Source: an uncultured Chloroflexia bacterium (GTDB taxonomy: Bacteria; Chloroflexota; Limnocylindria; Limnocylindrales; CSP1-4). From it: DNA of 64,000 nt. The position numbers and the translations under genes are program-made. Location: the NCBI GenBank assembly GCA_963768675.1, contig CAVYIV010000026.1, forward strand, positions 23,988 to 87,987, in the 5' to 3' direction. Below the pieces are notes generated by a model. It did not search any database and had not been told where the DNA came from. It worked only from the letters and a program-made list of their open reading frames with translations. Position 1 is the stretch's first letter. Each line of letters opens with the position of its first letter. Positions 1 to 10,340 of the stretch are shown here, in pieces.

Positions 1-453
1 CTCGGCGTCGACCGGGAAGATCTCTCCGAGGCTCAGATCTCCTATTTCTACGATGAAGACATCGTATTTGCCCGCCTCAGCTTTCCCCACCTGTTTGCTC
101 AGGGCACGGTCCCACCCGGAGCCGGCTCGATCCAGGCGGAGATCTACTTCTCCGAACGGTACCGGCCGCTTCGGGTGCCGCCTGCGAGCCTCATACCGCG
201 CGTCGTTGCCGACCTGAGGCGGTCCGGTGTGCTCCGACCAGAGGATCGGATCACTTTCCGCGAGGCGCGCGTCGTCCCCTTTGCGAACGTCATCTACGAC
301 TTGGACCGTGCCACCGCTCTGCAGGAGGTGCGCGACCATCTCGGGGAGACCGGGCTCCATGCGTGCGGCCGGTACGGGGAGTGGGACCACGCCTGGACCG
401 ACGAGGCGTTCCTCAGCGGGGAGCGTGCTGCCGAGTCAGCCCTGCGCGGGTGA
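1..453 (+). CDS. FAD/NAD(P)-dependent oxidoreductase (amine-oxidase / PPOX-like), C-terminal fragment; 5' end lies outside the window
   Basis: Frame 1 is open from base 1 to TGA 451-453, and the listed ORF 175..453 is its tail. The translation ...GAGSIQAEIYFSERY...VVPFANVIYDLDR...ACGRYGEWDHAWTDEAFLSGERAA resembles the C-terminal part of this flavoprotein superfamily. The family call is by eye only. Confidence 0.55.
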   Translation, partial: LGVDREDLSEAQISYFYDEDIVFARLSFPHLFAQGTVPPGAGSIQAEIYFSERYRPLRVPPASLIPRVVADLRRSGVLRPEDRITFREARVVPFANVIYDLDRATALQEVRDHLGETGLHACGRYGEWDHAWTDEAFLSGERAAESALRG

Positions 454-463
454 CGCCGACGAC

Positions 464-1420
464 TCAGCGCCCTGCGAGTCGCGCGACGATCGGGGCAGTT
501 GACTCTGGGTCGCCGGAGAGCTTGAAGTAGCTGATACTAAACCGCTCGCGCAGTTCGACGAGGCGATCCGCGCAGGCGTCAAGGCTACCAACCAAAACCG
601 CGGGCGACCGACTGTAGAGGTCGGGCTCTGCATCCAGGAATCGCGCGAAGCCGGTGTTGCTCTCGACTGGTAACTGAACGCGGTCGGTGATCCTGCAGTC
701 GTAGATGGTGAACTGGAGCTCGACGTCGTCGATCGATCGGCCCGCTGTTACGAGCGTGTCACGGATCACCACGACCTTGGCTGCGACGGCGTCCTCGCTG
801 AGATCCCGCGCCGCCTCCGGGCCCATCGCGGCGACGTTAAGGCGGGCATGGATGCCGATGATGTCGGCCTCCCGGGCCGCAAGCTCCAGGATGCGTCTGC
901 CGCCGCCGCCGATCAGGATCGGGGGGCGAGGCAACTGTGTTGGCCGAGGCAACCCTTCGAGCGAATCCACCCGGTAGTGCCGCCCAGTGAAAGAGAACGG
1001 CGACGGGGCAAAGAGGCCCTTGATTATCCGGATCGTCTCCTCGAGCCGCTCAATCCGGACGCCCGGCGGGTCGAAGGAGATGCCCGCTGCGCTGTAGTCG
1101 CGTTCCAGCCAGCCTGCGCCCAGGCCGAGTTCGAGCCGTCCGCCGCTGAGCAGGTCGATCGTTGCCGCCGCCTTGTGCAAGAGCACGGGGTGACGGAGGT
1201 CGTTGTTAAGGGCGAGCGAGAGCACACGAAGCCGGCTCGTCGCTTCAGCGATCGCGGTCATCGCCGTCATGGTCTCCATCACCCAGCCGCCGGTAAGGTG
1301 TTCGGATACCGAGATGGAGTCGAACCCCAAGTCCTCAACTCGGCGCAGGCGGTCGCGCCATTGAGCGATCCGGCCATCAGGGACCGGCATCGGGGCGATG
1401 AAGCGGAACGGTCGAGTCAT
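464..1420 (-). CDS. LLM-class (luciferase-like) F420/FMN-dependent oxidoreductase
   Basis: Lies inside ORF 464..1681(-). I moved the start to ATG 1420 (MTRPFRFIAP...). FDSISVSEHL, LELGLGAGW and PPILIGGGG are typical LLM-family segments. Confidence 0.8.
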   Translation of the reverse strand: MTRPFRFIAPMPVPDGRIAQWRDRLRRVEDLGFDSISVSEHLTGGWVMETMTAMTAIAEATSRLRVLSLALNNDLRHPVLLHKAAATIDLLSGGRLELGLGAGWLERDYSAAGISFDPPGVRIERLEETIRIIKGLFAPSPFSFTGRHYRVDSLEGLPRPTQLPRPPILIGGGGRRILELAAREADIIGIHARLNVAAMGPEAARDLSEDAVAAKVVVIRDTLVTAGRSIDDVELQFTIYDCRITDRVQLPVESNTGFARFLDAEPDLYSRSPAVLVGSLDACADRLVELRERFSISYFKLSGDPESTAPIVARLAGR

Positions 1421-1430
1421 CCGCGGCCTG

Positions 1431-2705
1431 TCACGCGACCGTCTCGAAACGGAGGGAAGGCAGAGGAAGTACGAGCCGACCCTTCCACGTCCCTGTCCTG
1501 GCCAAGTCGGCCCGGATCTCGTCGGCCCAAGTCCAGGCGAGGACCACGATCTCGTCAGGCTGATCGTCCGCGAGGGCCGCGGTGGCACGGACGGGAATCC
1601 CGGACCCCGGCAGGCACCGGCCCTGCTTGCTCGGGTCTCGATCAACGGTGTAGGGCAGCAGACGGGAGTCCACACCGGCAATTCCCAAAAGGGTCACTGC
1701 TCGGCCCGGCGCCCCGTAGCCCGCCACCCGCGTCCTTCGTGCAGCCGCGTCCTCGAGGTGCTCCCGGAGTCGGGTCCCGCCGTCGCGAGCGCGTTCGCCA
1801 AGCCGGGCGAATGTCGCCGGTTCATCGAGTCTGGCCGTCCGATCTCGGACGAGGAGACGCTCGATCTCCACTTGCTCGATAGGCCCGCCTCCGCGCAAAC
1901 GCGCGAGAACCTGGATGGAGCCTCCGTAAACCGCCGAGAGGCGAGCCGCCGCCACGTCCAGGCCGTGCCTGCTGAGGAGCGCACGCAGGGTGCTCAGCGA
2001 CAGGTAGGCGCGATGTGCGTGACTGAACGCGTCGAACTGGCCATCCTCCACGAGCGTGGCGAGGTCATGAAACTCGACTGCGAGCCATCCATCAGGAGTG
2101 AGGATCTCGCGGATCGCGGCGGCGAGCACGTCGAGGTCATCGACGTGTGAAAAGACATGGTTCACGAGCACGAGCCCGGCGAGACGACCTCGAGCCGTCA
2201 AGCTGGTCGCCTCGTCCGCTCCGAATTGGGTCGTGATCGTGCGGATTCCGGCGGCGTTCGCCGCCCGGGCGAGGTCTGTGCTCGACTCGAAGCCGAGGAC
2301 GTCCAGGCCGGCTTTGAGGAAGTGCTCTAGGAGCGCACCGTCTCCGCTGCCGACATCGACCACTAGTGGGTCGGCAGCGGGGCTGACAAGGGCGAGCAGG
2401 TTCTCTGACCATGACTGGAGATGGGAGGCCATGGAACCCGGCCGACGGGTCGTGTGACCGTGGATCCGGCTCTGGTATTGCGGGATCACCTCTGGCTGAG
2501 GGTCGAGCCAGCCGGCGCCCCGCGAACGCGGCGGCTGAAGGAGCGCGCATGAAGTGCAGAGAGAGAGACAGAGGGGCGCTCGCGGAATTGAAGCCGCCTC
2601 ACTCGGCGGCACAGGCTCGTCGAGCACCGACTGCATGCCGAGATCCAGCACTGGTTCGGTCAGGGTCCCGCCGCACGAGCGGCACGCTCCTCGCGAGCCT
2701 TCCAT
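1431..2705 (-). CDS. SAM-dependent C-methyltransferase (NDP-hexose C-methyltransferase-like, TylCIII-type architecture)
   Basis: Lies inside ORF 1431..2936(-), with the start at ATG 2705 (MEGSRGACRSCGG...). It has an N-terminal CxxC...CxxC zinc-ribbon, the SAM motif VVDVGSGDG and a long C-terminal domain, as in sugar C-methyltransferases. Confidence 0.7.
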   Translation of the reverse strand: MEGSRGACRSCGGTLTEPVLDLGMQSVLDEPVPPSEAASIPRAPLCLSLCTSCALLQPPRSRGAGWLDPQPEVIPQYQSRIHGHTTRRPGSMASHLQSWSENLLALVSPAADPLVVDVGSGDGALLEHFLKAGLDVLGFESSTDLARAANAAGIRTITTQFGADEATSLTARGRLAGLVLVNHVFSHVDDLDVLAAAIREILTPDGWLAVEFHDLATLVEDGQFDAFSHAHRAYLSLSTLRALLSRHGLDVAAARLSAVYGGSIQVLARLRGGGPIEQVEIERLLVRDRTARLDEPATFARLGERARDGGTRLREHLEDAAARRTRVAGYGAPGRAVTLLGIAGVDSRLLPYTVDRDPSKQGRCLPGSGIPVRATAALADDQPDEIVVLAWTWADEIRADLARTGTWKGRLVLPLPSLRFETVA

Positions 2706-2763
2706 ATCCACCCCGCTGAGCCTGATCTCAAATGGCGCCGGCGCCTCGCAGGATACGGGTCGA

Positions 2764-3819
2764 CTACCCAAGAAGCTGCGCCCCCGACCGCGGACCGCGG
2801 AACCTGAGATCGTGGTCAAGCTTGCCCGCCGCCTGAAGTAACTGGATCTGGGCGATCCGCTGGTAGCGTGGTCCTTCGACGTCCTGAAGCGTGAGAGTGT
2901 GAGCCTTGAACGCCGCGTACAGCTCCTCGGCGCCACTACGTGCAGTCCACTCGGCGCGGAATCCGACTGCTCGCGTGAAGGCGTCGCAGTTCACGCGGTA
3001 GTCGCGGGCGTCGGGCGATGCGCCGGCCGCGATCTCGACCTGGCAGCCCGGGACGACCTCCGCCACGATGCGGGCGAGATCGCGGATTTGGAAGTTCTCG
3101 CTCGTCGAGCCCACGTTGAACGCCCGCCCGCCGACGACCTCACTGGGCGCATCCAGCGTGACGATAAAGGCCTGCGCGATGTCGCGAATATGGACGATGG
3201 GTCGCCAGGGCGACCCATCGCTCTTGAGCATCACGCGCCCGGTTGCGAAGGCCCATGCCACGAGGTTGTTGAGGACAACGTCGCACCGCAGCCGGGGCGA
3301 CACACCGTAGGCCGTCGCGTTGCGTAGCGAGACGACGGTGAACAATTGGTCGTTCAGTGCGCGGATGTCGCGTTCGGCGCGGACCTTCGACTCGCCGTAC
3401 GGCGTGACGGGGCGCAAGAGGGAAAGTTCATCGAGGAGTGACCCGTCGCCTGCGCCGTAGTTGCTGCACGATGAGGAGAAGAGGAAGCGTCGCACGCCCG
3501 CTTCGCGTGACAGCCTCGCCAACCGCACCGTCGCTTGGTGGTTTACCTCGTACGTCAGGACCGGAGCGAGGTCTCCCAACGGATCGTTCGAGAGGGCGGC
3601 GAGATGGACAACGGCATCGAACCCGGCGAGCATGTCGGCCGTGACGTCCCGAATATCGACGTCGAGTGAAGGTGCGTCTGCCGCTTGAGCTGGATCGCCG
3701 AAGTCGCACGCGCGGTACAGGTCCGTATCCAAGCCAACAACGTCGTGCCCCGCCTCGATGAACATCGGCGCCAGCACAGAACCGATGTAACCACGATGAC
3801 CCGTGACGAGGACCCGCAT
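2764..3819 (-). CDS. NAD-dependent epimerase/dehydratase (SDR-type nucleotide-sugar enzyme)
   Basis: Lies inside ORF 2764..3867(-). ATG 3819 is preceded by AAGGAG. It carries the Rossmann motif [14 protein letters not shown] and the catalytic YGESK (YxxxK). Confidence 0.85.
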   Translation of the reverse strand: MRVLVTGHRGYIGSVLAPMFIEAGHDVVGLDTDLYRACDFGDPAQAADAPSLDVDIRDVTADMLAGFDAVVHLAALSNDPLGDLAPVLTYEVNHQATVRLARLSREAGVRRFLFSSSCSNYGAGDGSLLDELSLLRPVTPYGESKVRAERDIRALNDQLFTVVSLRNATAYGVSPRLRCDVVLNNLVAWAFATGRVMLKSDGSPWRPIVHIRDIAQAFIVTLDAPSEVVGGRAFNVGSTSENFQIRDLARIVAEVVPGCQVEIAAGASPDARDYRVNCDAFTRAVGFRAEWTARSGAEELYAAFKAHTLTLQDVEGPRYQRIAQIQLLQAAGKLDHDLRFRGPRSGAQLLG

Positions 3820-3934
3820 GTTCTCTCCTTCATCTGGGATGATCATCGGCGGACAAGGCGAAGGCAAGTAATGAATGATGTCGTGGCGCCTTGGGGAACG
3901 TCGTCGCTGGGGTCAGAGTCAGCGGAGGTGGGTC

Positions 3935-5074
3935 GTGGAACCGTCGGAGCTGAGGCGGCTCGGCCGGAGTTCGGTCAAGGTCACCGCGCTCGGCCTAGGG
4001 ACCCTCCCGCTCGGTGGCCTATACGAACAAGTCGACGAGGACCAAGGTCTTGCGCTTGTCAAGCGTACCTACGAATTGGGCATCCGCTTCTTCGACACGG
4101 CCCCTGAGTACGGTGTCGGCCTCTCGGAATGCCGGCTGGGGATGGTGCTCCCGGATCTCCCGCCGGAGTCCATCGTGGTCGCGACGAAGGTCGGCCGGCT
4201 CATTCGGCCCGGCTCGCTGCTCGGCAAGACTCGCCAAGTGCTCTGGGAGACGGCGTCGAGCCGGGATCCGAGGAGGCTCAGCCTAGGCGTTCGACGCCTG
4301 GCGGACCGGGTCCGCGGCCGTGGTGCAGGCTCGCGCGCGGCCCAGGACACCGACACCGCGCCAGCCGGTCCGTGGCTGGCTGGGGTGTTCGATTTCACCT
4401 ACGACGGTGTGATGCGGTCTCTCGAAGAGAGCCTCGCCCGGCTACGCCTGAATCGGGTGGCAGTCGTGCACATCCATGACCCCGACTACTACCACGACCA
4501 GGCACTTGGGGCCTTCAAGGCATTGGCGAAACTGCGGGACGATGGGACCATTGGTGCCGTCGGAGTGGCCATGAACGTCTCGGAGCCACTTGCACGATTC
4601 GCCCGAGAGGAGGAATTCGACTGCTTCCTCGTCGCCGGGCGCTACACGCTGTTGGACCAGACGTCCCTGGGCGACTTGCTCCCCGTCTGCCAGGAGCGTG
4701 GTATGAGCGTCATCGTCGGCGGCGTGTACAACAGCGGGATCCTCGCCGACCCCCGACCTGGCACGCATTTCGACTACCAGGCGGCTCCTCGCGCCATCCT
4801 TGAGCGAGCCCAGCGAATTCAGGCGGTGTGCGCCCGGTACGACGTTCCGCTCGCGGCCGCCGCGATCCAGTTTCCTTTCGGCCACCCTTCGGTGGCCTCC
4901 GTCCTGACGGGCTCTCGCTCGGTGGCGGAGATCGAGCAGAACGTCGCCATGTTCCGTCACCCCATCCCGAACGAGATGTGGGACGAGCTGCGCCGTGCCG
5001 GCCATCTCGCCGAGCATGTCCCGACGCCGCGGATCTTCGAGCCCCCAGGGGTCGCTGTCGGGACCCCGGGCTGA
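3935..5074 (+). CDS. aldo/keto reductase
   Basis: ORF 3875..5074(+). The likely start is GTG 3935, 6 nt after GGAGG, and ATG 3875 is also possible. LGLGTLPLGG, FFDTAPEYG and VVHIHDPD are AKR hallmarks. Confidence 0.75.
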   Translation: MEPSELRRLGRSSVKVTALGLGTLPLGGLYEQVDEDQGLALVKRTYELGIRFFDTAPEYGVGLSECRLGMVLPDLPPESIVVATKVGRLIRPGSLLGKTRQVLWETASSRDPRRLSLGVRRLADRVRGRGAGSRAAQDTDTAPAGPWLAGVFDFTYDGVMRSLEESLARLRLNRVAVVHIHDPDYYHDQALGAFKALAKLRDDGTIGAVGVAMNVSEPLARFAREEEFDCFLVAGRYTLLDQTSLGDLLPVCQERGMSVIVGGVYNSGILADPRPGTHFDYQAAPRAILERAQRIQAVCARYDVPLAAAAIQFPFGHPSVASVLTGSRSVAEIEQNVAMFRHPIPNEMWDELRRAGHLAEHVPTPRIFEPPGVAVGTPG

Positions 5075-5431
5075 CACCGACCTGGGATTGCACGGAGGCT
5101 GCGGGCGTGGCGGAACACGGTCCGACGACCCGGAGGGCGATCCGGTTGCATCCGGCGAATCGGGATGGAAGACCGCGCCGCTCGCTTGACCCAAGTTGCG
5201 CCCGAAGAACCGTCGGGCTCGCGCCCGGGAAACCGTTCGGGGTGCTGCTCCTGAGGATGATCCACTCGTGGCCTGAGCAGCCCAATGCAACTCTCGTAGG
5301 ACGACCGACGTCAACTCCGCGCCAGCGCGTCGACTCCCACCTCGATTCCGTTGCCGCCGGGCACCGCAAGAAGGGTTCGGAGCTCCCGATGGGGCATACT
5401 CACCCGCGTTCGCACTAGGGGAGAACGACCG

Positions 5432-7039
5432 TTGGAGTTGCGCCGCTTCGTTGCATTGCTCCGCCGCCACTACCGCCTGCTGATCGCCGGCGTGGTGGCG
5501 ACGACACTCGCCACCTATCTCCTCAGCGGGTTGCTGCCTCGCGCCTATCAGGCTGACGCAATCATCAACGTCGGGCAGGGTCTCAGCTCGGTCAACCCCT
5601 CGAGTGACCAGCTCACCGCGGCGCGCAGTCTCTCCGTGACCTACCAGCAGCTCGCCACGACCCGCCCGATCTTGGAGGCGGCGATCGCCAAGGTTGGTCT
5701 CGCGGACGACCCGGCTGCGCTCGCCGCACGCGTCGACGCGAGCGCCGACCCGAGCAGCACGCTCCTTACGATCACGATCACCGATAGCGACGCGGGGAGG
5801 GCGGCGGCCACAGCCGACGCGGTAGCGAGTGCCCTCGTGGCGGTTTCCCCAACGATCCAGGGGCGAGAGGAGCAGACTCAGGAGTTTGTCGATAGCGAGC
5901 TGAAGACGATCGAGGCCGAAATCACGGCGGCTCAGGCGGAATCGGATTCGCTCGTGGCACTGCCCAGTCGTACGGCAGCCCAGGATCTCCGTCTGGCTGC
6001 CCTGCAGACGGAGTTGAGCGACCTTCGCGGGACCTACACCACACTTCTCGCCTATAGCACGGATTCCTCGGCCAATCTCCTCACGATCGTCCAGCCAGCC
6101 GCAGTCCCGTCCGCTCCGGTCTCGCCGAAGCCGCTCTTCAACGCGGCGGTCGCGGCGATCCTGTCGCTCATCGTCGTGCTCGTCGGGATCGCGCTTCTCG
6201 AGCAGTTTGCTGATGCAGTCCGGACGCCGGAGGAGGCGTCGGCTGTGGGTGGCCTCCCCGCCCTGGGGGCCATCCCGAGCATCCCGGCTGCAGCCGGACG
6301 AAGCCCGATCTACGGCCTAGTAACGATCATGCAGCCGCGGGCACCGGCGAGTGAGGCGTTCCGGATCCTGCGCGCCAATCTCGAGTTCTCGAGCCCGGAC
6401 GAGCCGTTGCGCACGATGCTCGTCGCAAGCCCCGGTCCGGCTGAGGGGAAGACGACGATCGCAGCGAACCTGGCTGTCGCGTTCTCGCAGCGCGGACAGC
6501 GGACTCTCCTAGTCGACGTCGACTTTCGTCGGCCTGGCCTTCATGAGGTGTTTCGACTCGACAATCTGCAGGGTGTGTCGAGCCTGCTTGCGTCGCGCAA
6601 CCTCAGGGTTAGCGACGTTGCCCGCCGGAGCGAGGACGGCAACTTCTGGATCGTGACCAGCGGGCCAATTCCTCCCAACCCGGCGGAGCTCGCCGTGTCG
6701 CGCCGGATGGCGGAGGTCATTGCGCTCCTCCGCGAGGCTGCCGACTTCGTCATCTTCGATGGGCCGCCGATCCTCGCCGCCGCCGACGCAGCGAGCCTTG
6801 CTCGCCAGCTGGACGGCACCATCGTGGTCGTGCAAGCTGGTCGGACTCGACGAGCATCATTGCGGGCCGCGTTGTCCGCCCTTGAGAGAGTCGGGGCCCG
6901 AACGCTCGGCACCGTCGTGAACCGCCTTCCTTCGTGGGACGCGCCGACCGCGTACGCCTACGGTGCGAGCGACGCGGACGGCCGTGGAGGCGGGGGGGTG
7001 ACGGCCGCCGAGTCGGCCAAGAGCGACGTCGCTCCCTGA
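5432..7039 (+). CDS. polysaccharide co-polymerase / tyrosine autokinase (Wzz domain fused to a BY-kinase, CpsD/CapB type)
   Basis: ORF 5351..7039(+). I prefer TTG 5432, which follows AGGGGAG by 8 nt; the listed start at 5351 is also possible. The N-terminal half is Wzz-like with hydrophobic segments. The C-terminal half has the P-loop SPGPAEGKTT plus LLVDVDFRRP and VIFDGPP (Walker A' and B). Confidence 0.8.
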   Translation: MELRRFVALLRRHYRLLIAGVVATTLATYLLSGLLPRAYQADAIINVGQGLSSVNPSSDQLTAARSLSVTYQQLATTRPILEAAIAKVGLADDPAALAARVDASADPSSTLLTITITDSDAGRAAATADAVASALVAVSPTIQGREEQTQEFVDSELKTIEAEITAAQAESDSLVALPSRTAAQDLRLAALQTELSDLRGTYTTLLAYSTDSSANLLTIVQPAAVPSAPVSPKPLFNAAVAAILSLIVVLVGIALLEQFADAVRTPEEASAVGGLPALGAIPSIPAAAGRSPIYGLVTIMQPRAPASEAFRILRANLEFSSPDEPLRTMLVASPGPAEGKTTIAANLAVAFSQRGQRTLLVDVDFRRPGLHEVFRLDNLQGVSSLLASRNLRVSDVARRSEDGNFWIVTSGPIPPNPAELAVSRRMAEVIALLREAADFVIFDGPPILAAADAASLARQLDGTIVVVQAGRTRRASLRAALSALERVGARTLGTVVNRLPSWDAPTAYAYGASDADGRGGGGVTAAESAKSDVAP

Positions 7040-7047
7040 GGCGGGCA

Positions 7048-8598
7048 GTGTTCGAGCGAGCTGGGATCGGTGTTCAACCGACCGGTCCAGCGCGGCAGGA
7101 CAAATCGGGGTCGGGGCAGCCGAGGCTCCGTGAACAACTCTCCACCGGCACGCTCGGCAGCGTCGCGATCGCGGCGCTCCTGGTCCTCGTGGGAGCGTCA
7201 ACGGCCGTCGATCCGAGGCTAGGTGCACTGGTCGCGGCGATTTCCGTGGCGGCCTGGCTCGCCGCCGACTCGACCCGCGCGGCCTCCGCGTTCCTCCTGG
7301 GTCTTGCTGTCATCCTCGTCGGTTATGCGGTCCTAGATCGTGGCTTCGCCCACCTCGGGGCCAACCCAATCTACGTGGGTGAGGTCGTCCTCGGGGTCGG
7401 CGTCGTCGCGATCATCGCGCGGGCCAACCGGCTGTCGCTCAGGCCGATCCCCGTGTTGCTCGCCGCCTTCATCGCCTGGGGCGTGATCCGCACGATCCCC
7501 TACCTTCCCATCTATGGCGTCGACGCCTTGCGTGACGGAGTGACGTACGGCTACGGCCTGTTCGCGTTCGCGATCATCGTCTGCGTCAATGAGAAACAGA
7601 TCCCGAAGATAACCGACCTGTATGCGCGTCTTGTCCCGCTCCTTCTGCTCTGGATTCCGATGGGGCTCCTCATCACCGAGTTCGTCTCCGGTGCATTCCC
7701 GAGGCTGCCGGGGTCGGATGTGTCGCTTATCGACTACAAGCCTGGCGACGCTGCCGTCCACCTGGCAGGGATCGCGGCGTTCCTCCTCGTCGGCCTCGAT
7801 GGGGGCCAACGTGCTGCCACCGCCATACGCGAGGTGGGCACGTGGGCGGTCTGGTTGATCGGCGCGGGTGTTGCCGCAATCCTCAATCGGGGCGGGATGC
7901 TCGCGCTCACGAGCGTCGGCGCCGTCCTCCTGTTCGCGCGGTCGGCTCGGAGGTGGGCAAGTCTTGGGCTCACGGGAGTGGCGGTCCTCTCGGTCCTGGT
8001 CGTTGTTAACCCAAAGATCAGCATCGGCGGGGGCAACCGGACGATCTCCGTCAGTCAGGTGATCAACAACGTGACAAGCGTGGTGTTCGCGAGTCAGGAC
8101 ACGGCCCTCCAGGGGACGAAGGACTTCCGCCTCCAGTGGTGGGAGAAGATCGCCAACTACACCATCGGCGGCCCGTACTTCTGGACCGGGAAGGGCTTTG
8201 GCATCAACCTCGCCGACGCCGATGGGTTCCAGGTCACCGCCGACGACTCGCTTCGTGCGCCCCACAATGGGCACATCGAGATTCTCGCGCGGATGGGCGT
8301 CCCCGGCCTCGTGCTTTGGGTTCTGCTCCAAGTCGCCTTCGGTGTCGCCCTACTGCGCGCCGGCCTGGCCGCGGGTCGTGTGGGTGCCACCGAATGGACC
8401 GGGCGCTTCGCCTGGGTGTTCGTCTATTGGCTCGCGATGCTCGTCGACATGTCTTTTGACCCGTATCTCGAGGGCCCACAGGGGGGCATCTGGTTCTGGG
8501 CGATCTTTGGCTTCGGGCTGGTCCTCCTTGACGCCTGGAAACGCACCGAAAGTGACGCGGGAACCCGGATGCGCGCGACAGCCCTCGCCCGTGGCTGA
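7048..8598 (+). CDS. O-antigen ligase / Wzy-type polymerase family membrane protein
   Basis: Lies inside ORF 6934..8598(+). GTG 7048 is the first in-frame start after the upstream stop at 7039. The protein has many hydrophobic helices and the Wzy_C-like segment RAPHNGHIEILARMGVPGL. Confidence 0.7.
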   Translation: MFERAGIGVQPTGPARQDKSGSGQPRLREQLSTGTLGSVAIAALLVLVGASTAVDPRLGALVAAISVAAWLAADSTRAASAFLLGLAVILVGYAVLDRGFAHLGANPIYVGEVVLGVGVVAIIARANRLSLRPIPVLLAAFIAWGVIRTIPYLPIYGVDALRDGVTYGYGLFAFAIIVCVNEKQIPKITDLYARLVPLLLLWIPMGLLITEFVSGAFPRLPGSDVSLIDYKPGDAAVHLAGIAAFLLVGLDGGQRAATAIREVGTWAVWLIGAGVAAILNRGGMLALTSVGAVLLFARSARRWASLGLTGVAVLSVLVVVNPKISIGGGNRTISVSQVINNVTSVVFASQDTALQGTKDFRLQWWEKIANYTIGGPYFWTGKGFGINLADADGFQVTADDSLRAPHNGHIEILARMGVPGLVLWVLLQVAFGVALLRAGLAAGRVGATEWTGRFAWVFVYWLAMLVDMSFDPYLEGPQGGIWFWAIFGFGLVLLDAWKRTESDAGTRMRATALARG

Positions 8599-8638
8599 CG
8601 CCGACGCGGCGCGAGCCAAGCCTGGGCCTCCTCGAGGG

Positions 8639-9850
8639 ATGCCCGATCCGGAGCGCATCCTGCTAATCCATGAGCGCTACCGCCAGCGGGGGGGCGAGGA
8701 AGGCGTCTTCGAGGCTGAGGCAGATCTTCTCGAGCGGCACGGCCATCGGGTGGAACGCCTCGCGATCGACAACACGGAGATCCCGGACCGGCCTTCTCCC
8801 CGGCAGGCCCTGCACCTGGCGGTCGGGACGGTCTGGTCGCCCGAGGGGGCCCGGCTCGTTGCGCGTGCAACCCGGAGGTTCCGGCCCGAGGTCGTCCACG
8901 TCCACAACACGTTTCCCCTCCTATCGCCCGCCGTCCATGCGGCGGCCCATGCTGCCGGCGCCGCGACGGTCCAGACGCTTCACAACTACCGACTCACGTG
9001 CCCGGCCGCAACCCTCTTCCGTGATGGCCGGTATTGCGAGGAATGTGTCGGTCGCGTGATTCCGTGGCCAGGCGTCGTGCACGGCTGCTATCGCGGTTCC
9101 CGTACCAGGACGGTGCCCGTGGCTGCGCTCATTGCAGTGCATCGCGCCCGGGGGACGTGGCGCCGGGATGTCGATCGGATCATCGCCCTCAGCTACTTTC
9201 AGCGAGGCGTCCTGCTCCGGGCGGGTCTCGATCCGGCGCGCGTGGTGATGAAGCCGAACTTCGTTAAGGATCCCGGCGAGGGTGGAGCGCACGCTGGGAC
9301 CTTCCTGTTTGCAGGTCGTCTTGCTCCGGAGAAGGGTGTCGCGGTCGTCCTCGACGCCTGGGCGACCGGGATCCTCGTGCCGTGCCGGGTCGTCGGCGAC
9401 GGGCCGCTCGAGCACGATGTCCGGCGCGCCTCCGCGGCCTCCTTGATCGAGCCAGTTGGACGCCTTCCGAATCACGCCGTGCTCGCCGAGATGCGGGACG
9501 CCCGTGCTCTAATCCTGCCCTCGATCTGGCCCGAGGGTGGGTTCCCGTTGGTGGCGATCGAGGCGTTCGCAAACGGGCTCCCGATCATCGCGTCCCGGAT
9601 CGGGAACCTGTCCGAAGCGATCAGAGACCGGCAGACAGGCCTCCTCTTCGAGGCCGGTGATGCCCGAAGCCTCGTCGCCGCGGTCCGAACTGCAATCGAG
9701 GCGCCGGACGCTCTCCGAGCGATGGGGCGGGCCGCCCGCGAGGAGTACCGCGACCGGTATGCACCAGACCGCGCGTACGAGCATCTCCTTGGCGTCTACA
9801 GCGAAGCGATTGCCGTGCGGCGGGCAGCCTCGGCCACGTCACGCGGATAG
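8639..9850 (+). CDS. glycosyltransferase family 4 (GT-B, GT1/GT4 type)
   Basis: Lies inside ORF 8198..9850(+), with the start at ATG 8639 (MPDPERILLIHERY...). The C-terminal GT-B signature is FAGRLAPEKG ... PSIWPEGGFPLVAIEAFANGLPIIAS. Confidence 0.85.
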   Translation: MPDPERILLIHERYRQRGGEEGVFEAEADLLERHGHRVERLAIDNTEIPDRPSPRQALHLAVGTVWSPEGARLVARATRRFRPEVVHVHNTFPLLSPAVHAAAHAAGAATVQTLHNYRLTCPAATLFRDGRYCEECVGRVIPWPGVVHGCYRGSRTRTVPVAALIAVHRARGTWRRDVDRIIALSYFQRGVLLRAGLDPARVVMKPNFVKDPGEGGAHAGTFLFAGRLAPEKGVAVVLDAWATGILVPCRVVGDGPLEHDVRRASAASLIEPVGRLPNHAVLAEMRDARALILPSIWPEGGFPLVAIEAFANGLPIIASRIGNLSEAIRDRQTGLLFEAGDARSLVAAVRTAIEAPDALRAMGRAAREEYRDRYAPDRAYEHLLGVYSEAIAVRRAASATSRG

Positions 9851-10317
9851 GCGTTGAATCGCCGAAGGTCCGGCTCGGGAGTGTTCGCGCCGCCCAGGAG
9901 GGCGCGGCGGGGCCGCCGATCGTGGTGTTTCGTCGATGCGACGCGTTCGAGAAGGCCGCCAACCGGCGTCCCGCCGCTGTGGCCCGCCGCGAACACGTGC
10001 CGGCCCACCCCGGCACAGTTCACGCGATCGAGGACGGCAAGGGTCGCCCGGCAGCTGTGGGCGTCGGGTGGCACCTGCAGGCGGGTCTCCGGGCCCGACC
10101 TGATCCTCGCCCTCCTCGATTGGTTCGCGCCGCATCCGTCCAGCGGACATGGCCTGAGCTCGCCATCGTCGAGGAGGAGAATCAGGGCCAAGCGCTCGCG
10201 CGAGTGCCATGATGCGGGCGGCTCAGACTCGCGTCGGCTTGGGATGTCGGGCCATCGTCCGCTCGAGTCGGGTTGCTGCACTTCGTGCGCGCCGAAGCCG
10301 TCGTCGGCGACGATCAC
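9796..10317 (-). CDS. hypothetical protein (weak call)
   Basis: This is the only frame in the 9.85-10.34 kb gap with non-repetitive composition (KVIVADDGFGAHE...LALILLLDDGE...HVFAAGHSGGTPVGGLLERV). GTG 10317 lies just downstream of the GT2 stop. The 3' end overlaps the convergent GT4 gene by 55 nt. I did not recognise a family. Confidence 0.3.
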   Translation of the reverse strand: MIVADDGFGAHEVQQPDSSGRWPDIPSRRESEPPASWHSRERLALILLLDDGELRPCPLDGCGANQSRRARIRSGPETRLQVPPDAHSCRATLAVLDRVNCAGVGRHVFAAGHSGGTPVGGLLERVASTKHHDRRPRRALLGGANTPEPDLRRFNAYPRDVAEAARRTAIASL

Positions 10318-10340
10318 TTTGAGGTTCGTGAGCGTCTTGT